In this document: one piece after another, positions 7,937 through 17,787 of the stretch
Layout of the letters: every line of letters starts with the position of its first letter
Numbering within the stretch: the stretch's first letter is position 1
Translations under genes and position numbers: made by a program
Notes under the pieces: generated by a model
Seen by the model: the letters and a program-made list of their open reading frames with translations, nothing else
Databases searched by the model: none
Told to the model about the DNA's origin: nothing
DNA from: an uncultured virus (IMG/VR IMGVR_UViG_3300049846_001141)
Lineage: Duplodnaviria > Heunggongvirae > Uroviricota > Caudoviricetes
IMG/VR virus record: IMGVR_UViG_3300049846_001141
Strand: one strand, 5' to 3'
Length of the DNA stretch: 64,000 nucleotides

Positions 7937-9634
7937 TCAGCTCAGGTTGGTGATCAGTTGGGCGGTGATTTGCGTGGCCGACTGGACTGCGTAAACCAGG
8001 CAATCCCGTGCATTAGCCGTTGTGGTTAATGTCGGCGCGGTGCCGCCGGTGAAGTCCCAATAGCTGCCGTATGCCAGCGTGCGGGAGCCGGTGCCGTCCT
8101 GCGTGATCCAGATGCAGCCGGACTGCCCAGCAACCAAGTTGGTTGGATTGGCGAGAGTGCGGTTACCGCCAAGAGTCACGCTGTAGTTGTTGCTGTCGCT
8201 GAAATCTGGCGTGATCGTAGCCCCATCCGTGAGAGCTGTAATCTCACCGCGTTGGCCTTTTGTCCAAGTCTGCGCTGTATCCAGTCCTGCACCAGAGGCT
8301 GGTGTTGTCCAGCTAAGAGTGCCGGAGCCGTTGGTACTCAGGACTTGGGATGCAGTTCCATCAGCACTGGGTAGCGTCCAAGTGATATTACTTGCGACAG
8401 TTGCCGGAGCTTGGAAGGCGACCCAGTTGCTGCTATCCGCGTCCGCAAAACGCAGATCGGATTGAGCGTTAAGTGTTACGTCGCCAGTAAGCGTTCCACC
8501 GGCTTTGGGGAGTGCTGCGTTGGCCAAGTCGTATGCAGACTTGACGCTGTTGGGAGTAGCAGCAGTTGTAGTGCTGGTGCTGCTAGTGCTATCGGTTAGC
8601 TGTACGACGCCGGCAACAGAAGTAGAAGCGGCGGTGCCAGCTACGGAAATTGAGCCGCTGCCGTTCGTGATTGTGATGCCGGTACCGGCACTCAGTGTTG
8701 CTTTGGTAAGAGTGTTGCCGGTGCTATTGCCAATCAGCAGTTGGCCGTCGGTATAGGTGGTTTGCCCGGTGCCGCCGTCTGCAACACCAAGTGTTCCAGT
8801 GATGCTGCTGGCGCCAAGGTCAACAGCCAGTGCGTTGGTCTCGGTAACAAGACCGCCATTCGCCTTAAGACTCAGCGAAATATCGGGGGCTGTGCCACCC
8901 GAACTTGCGATTGGAGCGGTGCCGGTGACGCCGGTGACTGTTCCACCAGATCCAGCGGCTGCAATGGTGATTGAGCCGTTGCCGTTGGTAATCGTGACGC
9001 CGGCCCCAGCGGTCAACGTTGCTTTCGTCAGCGTGTTACCTGTGCTGTTACCAATCAGCAGTTGACCGTTGGTATAGCTGGTTTGGCCAGTGCCTCCTTT
9101 ATCGACAGCAATAGTCGAAGCGCTCCAGGTACCTGTGGTGACGGTGCCGAGGCTGGTAAGGCTGGAGCCGGTGACGCCGCTGCCGAGTGTTGTGCTGCTT
9201 AGGACCTGGCTGCCGTTGATGTAGTAGCTCTTGCCGCTGGCGAGGTCGACGTGCTCACTGCTGGTCCACGCATCCGTGGCGTTGACCCAGTTCAGTGTTT
9301 TGTTTGTCGCACCACGCAGAGTGATGCCGCCACCGTCAGCAGTTACATCGGTGGGAGTGGCGACTGCGCCAAGCTCGATATTTTTGTCGTCAACTACGAC
9401 TGTTGTGCTTTCAATCGTTGTGCTGGTGCCGTTGACCGTAAGGTCGCCAGTGATAACGACGTCATCGCCGAAGGTGACTGGGCCAGCGTTCAGTCGGGCG
9501 CCAGCCTTAACGAGGTCGGCAGCGGTGATCTTTTTGGTCTCGGTTGCCGAAATATCCGCAACAGCCAAAACGTCGGCGGATACAACGTCCGCTTCCGCTA
9601 TGGCTGCCAGCTGACTGATCTTGAGATTGGCCAT
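7937..9634 (-). CDS. Tail fibre protein
   Basis: Gly/Thr-rich; internal GGTGQT.YT.GQLLIGN duplication; GVVQL...AATP motif; LGGNRTLANP C-terminus. Confidence 0.8.
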   Translation of the reverse strand: MANLKISQLAAIAEADVVSADVLAVADISATETKKITAADLVKAGARLNAGPVTFGDDVVITGDLTVNGTSTTIESTTVVVDDKNIELGAVATPTDVTADGGGITLRGATNKTLNWVNATDAWTSSEHVDLASGKSYYINGSQVLSSTTLGSGVTGSSLTSLGTVTTGTWSASTIAVDKGGTGQTSYTNGQLLIGNSTGNTLTKATLTAGAGVTITNGNGSITIAAAGSGGTVTGVTGTAPIASSGGTAPDISLSLKANGGLVTETNALAVDLGASSITGTLGVADGGTGQTTYTDGQLLIGNSTGNTLTKATLSAGTGITITNGSGSISVAGTAASTSVAGVVQLTDSTSSTSTTTAATPNSVKSAYDLANAALPKAGGTLTGDVTLNAQSDLRFADADSSNWVAFQAPATVASNITWTLPSADGTASQVLSTNGSGTLSWTTPASGAGLDTAQTWTKGQRGEITALTDGATITPDFSDSNNYSVTLGGNRTLANPTNLVAGQSGCIWITQDGTGSRTLAYGSYWDFTGGTAPTLTTTANARDCLVYAVQSATQITAQLITNLS

Positions 9635-9657
9635 AGCAAAGCCTCCGTGTGTACAGT

Positions 9658-10521
9658 TTAAGCCGCTTCAAGCTCCAAGCTGCCTGAGCTTTGCTCCAGC
9701 AGAATTTCGTCTTCGGACTCCTGCAGAAGTAGCGCATCGGCTACGTCGCCGTAACGAATTGCGATCAGTCCGGTCGTTGCAAATTCAATCGTGGATCGAA
9801 CTGGCTCTGAAGGCTCAAAGGACATCGCCACGTTTGTGACGACGGCGTTAATTAAGTAGTACAGAGATTCCGTTGGGTTGCCGCTTACGCCTCCAGCAGG
9901 GGCACTGTCTGCGGTTTTTAGTACCAGGGCTGCCTTAAACGTGCTACCTAGTTGCTGACGCAGGATTAACTGGTGGAAGTACATCGAATTTTCGACGTCT
10001 CCCGCACCTGCGCTGTAATCCCACAGGCACTCAATGCTGCCACTGCCGCTGATTAGCGTCCCTATTTGTGCGGAGTAGGCGTCACCTAGTGCAGTGACGT
10101 CTGCAGAATTTCTGTTAGTGCTAAGTGTGTACGAGAGGATTTGACCTAGATCGCGGTAGCCGTCACCTAGTAGTTCAAATGTTGCTGTGTAGGGGCTTGC
10201 TGGATCGGCAAGTAAAAATGCTTCGTTGGGGTCATTATTGATGGACTTTTTCCAGGTGTTGTAAAGGCGGATTCCGCCCAAAGTATCTACGTTGACGTAA
10301 GCACTTACAGAATTTTGTGTGTAGCCGCTAATGAAATCAAGCGCGGTACTGCTTGTTATAGAAATTCTGTCGCCAGTTGTGAATACGTTGGAGCCGAAGT
10401 CGAGTTCCAGTCGACTGGCGGAAACGTTTACAGCGTTATCGTTGATTACTGAATCGAAGGAACGCCCGGATAGTCGGCGTAGTTTGATGAGTCCACCATT
10501 GCCGAGATAGATGCCAGACAT
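9658..10521 (-). CDS. Minor tail / structural protein
   Basis: Position in the tail operon; tube-like DVT.LGD...GSGS motif; acidic LL.E C-terminus. Confidence 0.6.
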   Translation of the reverse strand: MSGIYLGNGGLIKLRRLSGRSFDSVINDNAVNVSASRLELDFGSNVFTTGDRISITSSTALDFISGYTQNSVSAYVNVDTLGGIRLYNTWKKSINNDPNEAFLLADPASPYTATFELLGDGYRDLGQILSYTLSTNRNSADVTALGDAYSAQIGTLISGSGSIECLWDYSAGAGDVENSMYFHQLILRQQLGSTFKAALVLKTADSAPAGGVSGNPTESLYYLINAVVTNVAMSFEPSEPVRSTIEFATTGLIAIRYGDVADALLLQESEDEILLEQSSGSLELEAA

Positions 10522-10949
10522 TAGGAGGCTCCCATCGTGGCTTCGGTCAGCAGCCCTGTCACAACAAAGTCTACGGAAACCTCCACAACTTCACCGCTAC
10601 TGGCGCTGATCGAGGCAGAGTTGATCAGCACATTGGCCTGGATAGCGCGGGCTGAGGTCAGCTGCAACTTCAAAACATGCGTCGTTGTGCTGGGCAGTGA
10701 CGTTGTGCGGATCGTGTTAGCCAGCAGCGGCTGCATCGCCAGTGCTCCAGTGCTGTCTTGGTAGTACAGGACAGTGCAACTGCCGCTCCAGCCTTGGCGG
10801 CCGAAGACGTAGGTGCGGGCGTAGTCGCCTGTGGTAGTTGTCTCTAGTGTTTCGGCAGTGGCGTTAAGGGTCCAGCTGCGGACTTTTGCAACTTGAGTGC
10901 CGTTGATCAACAACGCACCGTCAATTCCAGTGAAGTAGCGGGCTGCCAT
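10521..10949 (-). CDS. Tail-tube-like minor protein
   Basis: VRSW.L...LETT..GD..RTY..G...WSGS pattern resembles the major tail protein. Confidence 0.6.
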   Translation of the reverse strand: MAARYFTGIDGALLINGTQVAKVRSWTLNATAETLETTTTGDYARTYVFGRQGWSGSCTVLYYQDSTGALAMQPLLANTIRTTSLPSTTTHVLKLQLTSARAIQANVLINSASISASSGEVVEVSVDFVVTGLLTEATMGAS

Positions 10950-11326
10950 TAGAACACAGCCACCAGCTCGACGGACACACTAACAATACCGGGACTTGGA
11001 TAAGTTACGGATGGTGTGGTGGAGTAGCGCCAGCTGGTAAGGGCGGGCTGGATGTTGTTGTAAACGCTTAAACCCGCGTAGACCTGTGCGGGAAGGGAGA
11101 AAAGTTCAAACGGACCACGGGCAAGTTCGTAGTGGTCTGTGATCAGTTTCGCGTTTGCTTCTGTGAGATTTTCAAACTGCAGTACCAGCGTGGTATTTAC
11201 GGGTGTGGTGCCGTGCAAGATGCGAACTTCTTTTCCGTTTAGCGAGCTGAAGCGTGAGGATGGTGGGACGCCAGGAGTCCAAGCACGAGTTGTGGGTGCC
11301 AGGCTTGGGAAGTTGGCGATGGCCAC
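10949..11326 (-). CDS. Minor tail protein (distal-tail-like)
   Basis: Homologous to the B genes starting MATFPAL. Confidence 0.6.
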   Translation of the reverse strand: MAIANFPSLAPTTRAWTPGVPPSSRFSSLNGKEVRILHGTTPVNTTLVLQFENLTEANAKLITDHYELARGPFELFSLPAQVYAGLSVYNNIQPALTSWRYSTTPSVTYPSPGIVSVSVELVAVF

Positions 11327-11340
11327 AGACTTGTCCTCCT

Positions 11341-13401
11341 TTAATCTTCAGTGTAACTGGCTGTGAGGATGTCAGCAATGATCGTGCTTTTTCCTTCTTC
11401 GTTTATTGGGAAATGTGTTGCCGTAACTTCTACTTCACCTGTAGTTACTTCAGTGATCGTGTCAATTTGGTAAAAATACGATTCACCACCTGCTGTATCT
11501 AGAGCGTCTGCATAGTTCCAGTCAATCTTGATGATGTCCAGAGGTGTCAGATTTAAGACATCTACAGTTGTAGAAAATCTCACTGTATGGGTAATGTGTT
11601 TACGGCTTGCAAGGATATATTTACCAATAAGTGCTGCGTGTGCTTCGGAAACACAGAAGTTATACATGTCGTACGACTCAAACGGACCATCCGGGGCTTC
11701 ACCGGAATAGCGCACTTCCAGCATGTTGCCAATGACGTCCGTAGAAGATTGATTGCGCCATTCCAGCAAAGCACAAATACTTTTACGCTCAGTAAATGGA
11801 ATGTATGTTCGGCTATAGCTACCTTCTGTGATGTCGTCCATGTCAAATGTGTGGACAGCTGTAATTACGCCATCGTTAAAGCTACCGTTTCCGTTGACTG
11901 GCAGAACAGGTTTGAAAGAGTATTTTCCGTCTACGGTCAGACTGCGCAGCAAGAAAAAGGGTGATGTTTCTTCAAAAAAAGTCTTTAAGTTTGTTGCTGC
12001 AGTAAGTGCTCCGTTGAAGTACATTGAGTGATAATTTGTAAATGTAGCGGCAGCCGTAAAGTCAGCAGTGTTGATTAGCCCCACGGGCACATCTGCCTGC
12101 TGAAGTAAGTAGTAAGCGAGGTCTAAAAAGTTGCTGCTACTAGCCGTGCTTGTAGTGAGAAGGTTGTAGACCTGAATACCATTGCGGACCAAGCAGCGTA
12201 GTGAATCTTGAGAAAGTGCAGAAACAGCATTGGCCTCTGCGGATGCTTCTGTTGTAATAGTGGCTGTGAGCGTTGAACCGCCCGGGAAACTACCTCCGCT
12301 AGGATGACTAATAATGATTTGAACATCTACCGCCTCATAATAAGTGCGCGTGTAATTGAGAGAAGAAACCGATACAGTGGCTGTAGCTGACGTACCATCC
12401 GCTAATACTCCATCTACGTAAATATCGTACGCAAACTGCTGACTGACAATCCCACTAAGTACACGTAGATTGTCAATGTCAAGTTTTGTAATACCATTTT
12501 TTGTTATAGTTACTTGCGTTACTACGCTCGAAGAGAAGTTATCAATACTTGAAGTGCTATAACCGGCTGTGCCAACAAAGGAACCTTTTACAGCAAGACA
12601 CGTCAGACCTGCAAATGTACCGCCGGAACCTGGTGTACGCGGTTCACCTGAATATGCCAGGCTATCTTCTGGTGTTGCAGCAACCAGTTTTTGAACAACA
12701 AAACGGCTGTAAAGTGTCGTGCCAGCGGGTGCTGCGCTAGGAATAATAGTAAGGACTAAAGTTTTTAAACTTGTGAATGTAGTGGTGTAGTTAAGAGATG
12801 AAACAGTGCTGGCTCCACTGGTGGCGATAGTCACGCCGTCGGCAGTCAACGTGTAACTGAATTGTTGCGATACACTTGATGATGGTGTGAATACCCGAAG
12901 GTTTTCGATAGAAATATAGGTGGCATTTGTTTGTGTTAAAGTATAAGGAGAAGTAGTGACAGCTGTGGCAACGTAAAAATCTACATTTTTTAGAACTTCC
13001 GCAGAAATTGTGTAGTTAAAACCAGCTGTTGGGATACTGCCGTACGCCGTAGTTGCTGCGCTATTTGGTATGTCGGATAGAAGTATTTGCCCTTTATAAA
13101 TGTCGGCTGTAGTAATAGCACCTAGTTGGCCTTCACTAATTACGTATGCAGTAGAACTATCTGTGCCAAGAGCTGAGTTGTACTGTGAGCCGTACCGGAT
13201 GCCATAAGGGTAAAGCCAGACACCGCCTACACCACTAATCTGTTTGGCAAATACAATCGGAATCGGAAGACCGATTTCAACGTATTTTTGTGCGTTGAGA
13301 AATGCGTCGTCTGGTGAACGAGATTGTTTAATTGCTCCGAGTTCGTCTCTGGAGACAGATACCGCAATCGCTGATGTTGGATTTTTGGATGGGACTGTCA
13401 T
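11341..13401 (-). CDS. Tail tip / baseplate hub protein
   Basis: G.PIPIVF N-terminus; homologous to 52109-54391. Confidence 0.7.
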   Translation of the reverse strand: MTVPSKNPTSAIAVSVSRDELGAIKQSRSPDDAFLNAQKYVEIGLPIPIVFAKQISGVGGVWLYPYGIRYGSQYNSALGTDSSTAYVISEGQLGAITTADIYKGQILLSDIPNSAATTAYGSIPTAGFNYTISAEVLKNVDFYVATAVTTSPYTLTQTNATYISIENLRVFTPSSSVSQQFSYTLTADGVTIATSGASTVSSLNYTTTFTSLKTLVLTIIPSAAPAGTTLYSRFVVQKLVAATPEDSLAYSGEPRTPGSGGTFAGLTCLAVKGSFVGTAGYSTSSIDNFSSSVVTQVTITKNGITKLDIDNLRVLSGIVSQQFAYDIYVDGVLADGTSATATVSVSSLNYTRTYYEAVDVQIIISHPSGGSFPGGSTLTATITTEASAEANAVSALSQDSLRCLVRNGIQVYNLLTTSTASSSNFLDLAYYLLQQADVPVGLINTADFTAAATFTNYHSMYFNGALTAATNLKTFFEETSPFFLLRSLTVDGKYSFKPVLPVNGNGSFNDGVITAVHTFDMDDITEGSYSRTYIPFTERKSICALLEWRNQSSTDVIGNMLEVRYSGEAPDGPFESYDMYNFCVSEAHAALIGKYILASRKHITHTVRFSTTVDVLNLTPLDIIKIDWNYADALDTAGGESYFYQIDTITEVTTGEVEVTATHFPINEEGKSTIIADILTASYTED

Positions 13402-13407
13402 TAGCGT

Positions 13408-13857
13408 TTACACCAGCGGAGGTGTTCCAACGAGAGCGGTTGTAAATTTACGGGGTGGTGCTTGGGCTTCCCTGGCATCAAGTGGGGAACCAAGTGTCAG
13501 CGTTAGGACAGTCTGATCAAGACTAGCGCCGATGATTTGGCCTGTATAGCCAGCGATAGCGGTTTTGCTGGCGGGCAGTGTATCGCCAGGTGCCAGCGTG
13601 AATTTGTAAAGCGTGACGGTGGCTAAGTAACCATCCTCGATTCCCGTCTCCGCTAGCGCCACTGTGGTGGCGTTCATCGGTAAACGTATGTCCAGATCTG
13701 TCTGCATACTGTTGCGGGCAGAAATCAAAGACCCAACATCAAACGGATAAAAAGTGTAGGTATCAACTGTTTGATCGGGCCAAAAACTTTGCCACTTGTA
13801 CACACTTGTGCCGTTTGCAGTTGTGATTTGTAGATAAGTAGCTAGGGCTGTTGTCAT
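13408..13857 (-). CDS. Minor tail protein
   Basis: Follows the tape measure; homologous to 54388-54852. Confidence 0.65.
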   Translation of the reverse strand: MTTALATYLQITTANGTSVYKWQSFWPDQTVDTYTFYPFDVGSLISARNSMQTDLDIRLPMNATTVALAETGIEDGYLATVTLYKFTLAPGDTLPASKTAIAGYTGQIIGASLDQTVLTLTLGSPLDAREAQAPPRKFTTALVGTPPLV

Positions 13858-16800
13858 CGCAGAATACCAACGCTCCTACGGGCTTCCGGGTCGTTTTTCA
13901 GCCTGGAGAGTGCCAGTGCAGCACCTTGCTTTGCGGCGGAGCTTGTCGCAGACATTAGATCGCCTTGGGAAACGTAGTTTTGATCGCCCATGCGCATCAC
14001 CGGACCAGTCGTAATGCTGACTTGCGGATTGATTCCTGCAGAACCAGCGCCGCCAGCACTGCTAGGACCGAAGCGCTCCATGGCAGAGGATACGCGACTG
14101 GAACTGCTACCAGCTCCTGGCATGTAGAAGCCTAGATCGCTAATTTCAGCTTGGGCTTGCTGGCGGCGTTGGCCGGCTTGGATGCGGTTATACCGTTCAG
14201 CCAGTGCCAAGAATTCTTCAAAGGCTCTGTTGTAGTCGCGTTGCTTGCCGGCGACAGTGCCAGTTTGGGCGTCTAGTTGCTTAAGACGTTCATACCAGGC
14301 GTTAGCAAATTCGAGGTTTTTACCCGCTTCGCCAAATGCAATCAGCGCCGGAGTTGATGCTGTTCCAGTGCCTGTGGCTTGCTGGAGTGCGGCTGTTGTG
14401 CGCTCGGCAGCGGCTGCGGTACCTTCCATGCTGGCTTTGAGATTTGCAGCATTAACAGAAGCGTTGTATACCGCATCTGCTGCACGTAATTGAGCGTCGG
14501 CAACACGAAGCGTAGTTGCGTAGTTATCTTTTGCAATTCGGAGAGCGGATTCTTGAGCACGCAGTGCTTCGATGTGATCAATCGTTAGGACTTTTTGTGC
14601 ACGTGCCAAAGCGACTACGGACTGGAGTTCCCTGTATTTGACTTCCGCCATGGACAGGGCGATGCGCTGACGTTCTACTTCTGCGCGTATTTGTGTACGA
14701 GTTGACTCAAGCGTTATACGCGCATTTTCGATTTCAATTTCTCGAATAGCATCCAAAATATCAATACGCTGACCTTCAGTTTTGGCCTGAGCCAGTTTGT
14801 TTTGAAGACTTTCAATTTCAATGTTGTTTATTTGTAATGCTGTTTGTGTTAAAGCGTCACTTACTTGTAGGCGATTGTTAAGAGCATTGGTGGCCTCATT
14901 TGCGGCACGATTGAAAGCCTCAGTTTGGCGTGCTGCGTCAGCAGCGTAGGCAGCTACTTTTTGTACAGTAATAGCCCGTTGTTCTTCAAGTCTATTTCTT
15001 TCGATAAGAGCCTTTGAAACTACAAGTTGGGCATCAGCATCTTCTTTAGCTAGTTGAGCTGTTTCTCGCGTTATACCTATATTGCGCTGAGCTATTGCCT
15101 CTTGAGCAATAATGTTGTTCAACTCTACTTCTTTTAATGCTGTAAGGTCTCCAGCGGCACGTAAAGCCTCTTTATCAGCTTCAGCAGCCCTGGCCATTAC
15201 ACTAGCACGGTCTGCTTCCGCTACAGCTTCACGCACACTTGCGTCTGCACGTAATTTTGTCATTTCAGCTTCATTTCGTGCACTTTCTTGTTGTGTAGAG
15301 GCTATTTCGTTTACTTTATTAGACATAGCGCCGTATATAGCGTATGTTTCGTTTAGTGATGTACTAAATTTTAGTTGTGTTTGATAACCCTTAAGACGAC
15401 TATTTGCACTACTTTCCTCTAGACGGGTAGAGTTTTGCCCCGATTCGAGAAGAGCTTGGGATAGTTTTAAATCTTGTTGGCGAATTTGTTCTTTACGGTT
15501 AATTGCCCCGAGTTCTGCCGTTGCTGTAGCACGAATTACATCTAGGGTTTGCTCCAGTTCCAAGCGTTCCCGTTTACGGAGTGCCTCGCGCTCCACGAGC
15601 CTTTGATTAAGTTTGAATTCAACTTGGATCTGTTTTTCAAGTACAGCTAACTGCGTATCGTCAACACCACCGAACTCTTTACGTGCAGCACGTAGATCTG
15701 CATCTCTCTTAGCAACTAAAGAGTTGATCTGTTTTTGGCGATCCAGTTCGTTATTCTGTATTTGGGCTGCTGCCGTTGTACCTCTATTCATCCGTTTGTC
15801 TATCCGTTCTTGTTTGCCCATTAGGACAAGATTGTACATACGATTATCTGTTTCTTCCTCTAAAGCAGCTTTACGCTTTTCTACGCCTTCATTTACTCCA
15901 CTAGGCATAGCATTTGATAGTTGCTTAAGTAAAGGAATAATAGGTAATAATGGTGCAAGGCCTGTTTCTAAGATTGGACCTACTTTGGCGAAAAGACTTA
16001 GTAGTGTATTTGCACCTTGTGCAGCCAAGGTCACAACATTCAATACCGCTGTTAAACCGTCTAGTAACGGTTGCCCTATGATTCCGGCTGTCGTCGAGAC
16101 CGCGCTAGTAAAGCGATCCCACGCAGTAAATAGCTTTTGGGTGCTAGCAGTAACGCCAGAAATGGCCTGCGTGCTTGCGCCAGTCTGAGCTGCTACTTCA
16201 GCGGCAAGTGTGGCGCGGGCTTTGTCGATTTGACCCGCTTCGAGTAGACGGCGTACTGTGGTATCAAGCTCTGCGTTAACGACGATAAAACTATCGCGCA
16301 AATCATTAGTGCTGATTGCGTTGATGGCGTCGCCTACTTCTTTTACTTTTACAACGGCGGCGTCTAATTGTTGCCCCACGGCAGATAGGCCGATGCTGAG
16401 GGCCATGCCGGCCATGCCGCCCATAGCACCACCAATAAAACCTCCGGCTGCGCCACCCAGAACGGCGCCGGGGCCGCCGCCGAACAGCATCGGGAAGCCG
16501 CCACCCAAAATGGCGTCCATGACGCCTGGGGCTTGAAGACCCGTAGGTTTTTTTGTTGGTGGACGAGCTGGTCCTTGTACACCGAAGCCGGCGTCGGCAA
16601 CCCCTTTGGCGACGCCGCCACCACTAAGTTGCATGAGCCCGCGCTCAGCGAGTTTTCTGCGTAGACGCTCCTGTTGTATAAGCTGCGCGTTTAATTGTTG
16701 GGCTTCGGCACGAGCGGCTCTAGAAGCTTGGCTTTCTGCGATATTGGCTTCTACATTTGCGCGAATTGCATTTGTAGCCGCGTTACGTGTGTTTATTTCT

Positions 16801-17096
16801 GCCTGAATAAGTTTGTTTTGTCGGTCTCTCGCTACATTCGAATTGTTTAAAGCGGTTACATAGTTACTGATTGCACGTTGTTCTTGTACAGAGCCAATAG
16901 CAACTTTTTGGAGTGACCGTTCGGCAAGTTGTAGTTGAGCGGAAAAACGCTCGATGGTTCTGTTTGGTGCGCCCATACGGGCGGCTGCTTCATTTACTTC
17001 ATCAATCTTGCGGGCAGTACCTTCTAATTGTTTTTGAATACGCGCCAGATCTTGGAAGCCGCGTACGTTAATTAAAATATCGGCTTGGTAAGCCAC
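13854..17096 (-). CDS. Tape measure protein
   Basis: 1080 aa, Ala/Gln-rich helical; follows the tail chaperones. Confidence 0.85.
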   Translation of the reverse strand: MAYQADILINVRGFQDLARIQKQLEGTARKIDEVNEAAARMGAPNRTIERFSAQLQLAERSLQKVAIGSVQEQRAISNYVTALNNSNVARDRQNKLIQAEINTRNAATNAIRANVEANIAESQASRAARAEAQQLNAQLIQQERLRRKLAERGLMQLSGGGVAKGVADAGFGVQGPARPPTKKPTGLQAPGVMDAILGGGFPMLFGGGPGAVLGGAAGGFIGGAMGGMAGMALSIGLSAVGQQLDAAVVKVKEVGDAINAISTNDLRDSFIVVNAELDTTVRRLLEAGQIDKARATLAAEVAAQTGASTQAISGVTASTQKLFTAWDRFTSAVSTTAGIIGQPLLDGLTAVLNVVTLAAQGANTLLSLFAKVGPILETGLAPLLPIIPLLKQLSNAMPSGVNEGVEKRKAALEEETDNRMYNLVLMGKQERIDKRMNRGTTAAAQIQNNELDRQKQINSLVAKRDADLRAARKEFGGVDDTQLAVLEKQIQVEFKLNQRLVEREALRKRERLELEQTLDVIRATATAELGAINRKEQIRQQDLKLSQALLESGQNSTRLEESSANSRLKGYQTQLKFSTSLNETYAIYGAMSNKVNEIASTQQESARNEAEMTKLRADASVREAVAEADRASVMARAAEADKEALRAAGDLTALKEVELNNIIAQEAIAQRNIGITRETAQLAKEDADAQLVVSKALIERNRLEEQRAITVQKVAAYAADAARQTEAFNRAANEATNALNNRLQVSDALTQTALQINNIEIESLQNKLAQAKTEGQRIDILDAIREIEIENARITLESTRTQIRAEVERQRIALSMAEVKYRELQSVVALARAQKVLTIDHIEALRAQESALRIAKDNYATTLRVADAQLRAADAVYNASVNAANLKASMEGTAAAAERTTAALQQATGTGTASTPALIAFGEAGKNLEFANAWYERLKQLDAQTGTVAGKQRDYNRAFEEFLALAERYNRIQAGQRRQQAQAEISDLGFYMPGAGSSSSRVSSAMERFGPSSAGGAGSAGINPQVSITTGPVMRMGDQNYVSQGDLMSATSSAAKQGAALALSRLKNDPEARRSVGILR

Positions 17097-17137
17097 GCTG
17101 GCCGGACGGACTTCTGTTTAGCAGTCTATCCCGTTAG

Positions 17138-17160
17138 AAAGCCGCCGGGTTAGCGGCGGC
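17138..17160 (-). terminator. Rho-independent terminator-like hairpin
   Basis: GCCGCC-loop-GGCGGC followed by Ts; conserved in B. Confidence 0.55.
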
Positions 17161-17350
17161 CGCGCTTGGCTTTTTCGTAGGCAGCTGGCTCTTCGTCCGA
17201 CTGGATCTTGAAGTAGGTGAACCAGCCCAAGAGTTCGGTGTCTGTCATCCGGTTGCGCAGGTCGCTCAACGTTAGGCTGAGCTTTTCGGCAACGAAAAAC
17301 TGGATGCGCAGGTAACCGTCCTTTTTAAGCTCCTCTTCAAGCGCTTTTGG
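17150..17350 (-). CDS. Tail assembly chaperone, frameshift extension (gpGT-like)
   Basis: Overlaps the chaperone end in the +1 frame; conserved with B 58325-58522 upstream of any shared ATG. Confidence 0.7.
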   Translation of the reverse strand, partial: PKALEEELKKDGYLRIQFFVAEKLSLTLSDLRNRMTDTELLGWFTYFKIQSDEEPAAYEKAKRGRR

Positions 17351-17681
17351 TGTCCAACTCCTCCGAATCATCGGTCAAGACGGCCAGCATCAATACCTGG
17401 AGATCCTTATCCTTGACTTCGTTTTTGAGGACGTCGATTTCGGCGGCACTGAACAGCTTGGCTCCGGTCTCGTCGCAGGCTTTTTGCAGCAACAGCTGGA
17501 GGGCGAAGGCGGTGGCGTCCTCGGACTTGGCTTGCTTCTGGGCGCGTTCGCGCTCAGCCATGGTCAGAGGAGTGACCCACATTTCGAAAGTGGAGCCGTC
17601 GCTGAGTTCCACTTCTTTTTTGGTGGGCTCCAGGTTTGCTGCCTTGCGGAGACGGTCGATTGCACGAAGCGCGGCAGGCAT
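17337..17681 (-). CDS. Tail assembly chaperone (gpG-like)
   Basis: Lies between the major tail and tape measure genes. Confidence 0.8.
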   Translation of the reverse strand: MPAALRAIDRLRKAANLEPTKKEVELSDGSTFEMWVTPLTMAERERAQKQAKSEDATAFALQLLLQKACDETGAKLFSAAEIDVLKNEVKDKDLQVLMLAVLTDDSEELDTKSA

Positions 17682-17726
17682 AAAAAACTGCTACTTAAGA
17701 CAGAAGTAGTGTAGCGCAATAGAAAT

Positions 17727-17755
17727 AAAAAGCCCCAGCCGGCGAGGGCTGGGGC
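17727..17755 (-). terminator. Rho-independent terminator after the major tail gene
   Basis: GCCCCAGCC/GGCTGGGGC stem plus T5. Confidence 0.8.
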
Positions 17756-17787
17756 GCGGTGTGCTGAACTGGCTGAGTAGCAGCCTA

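Noticed and set aside
13110..13124. TAGT-AATAGCA-CCTA match in the A tail-tip gene (also TAGA-GAAGAAG-GCTA at 3420)
   Set aside because: The looser TAG-N9-CTA pattern is expected several times by chance in 64 kb. The first lies in an AT-rich gene and the second is not conserved in B.
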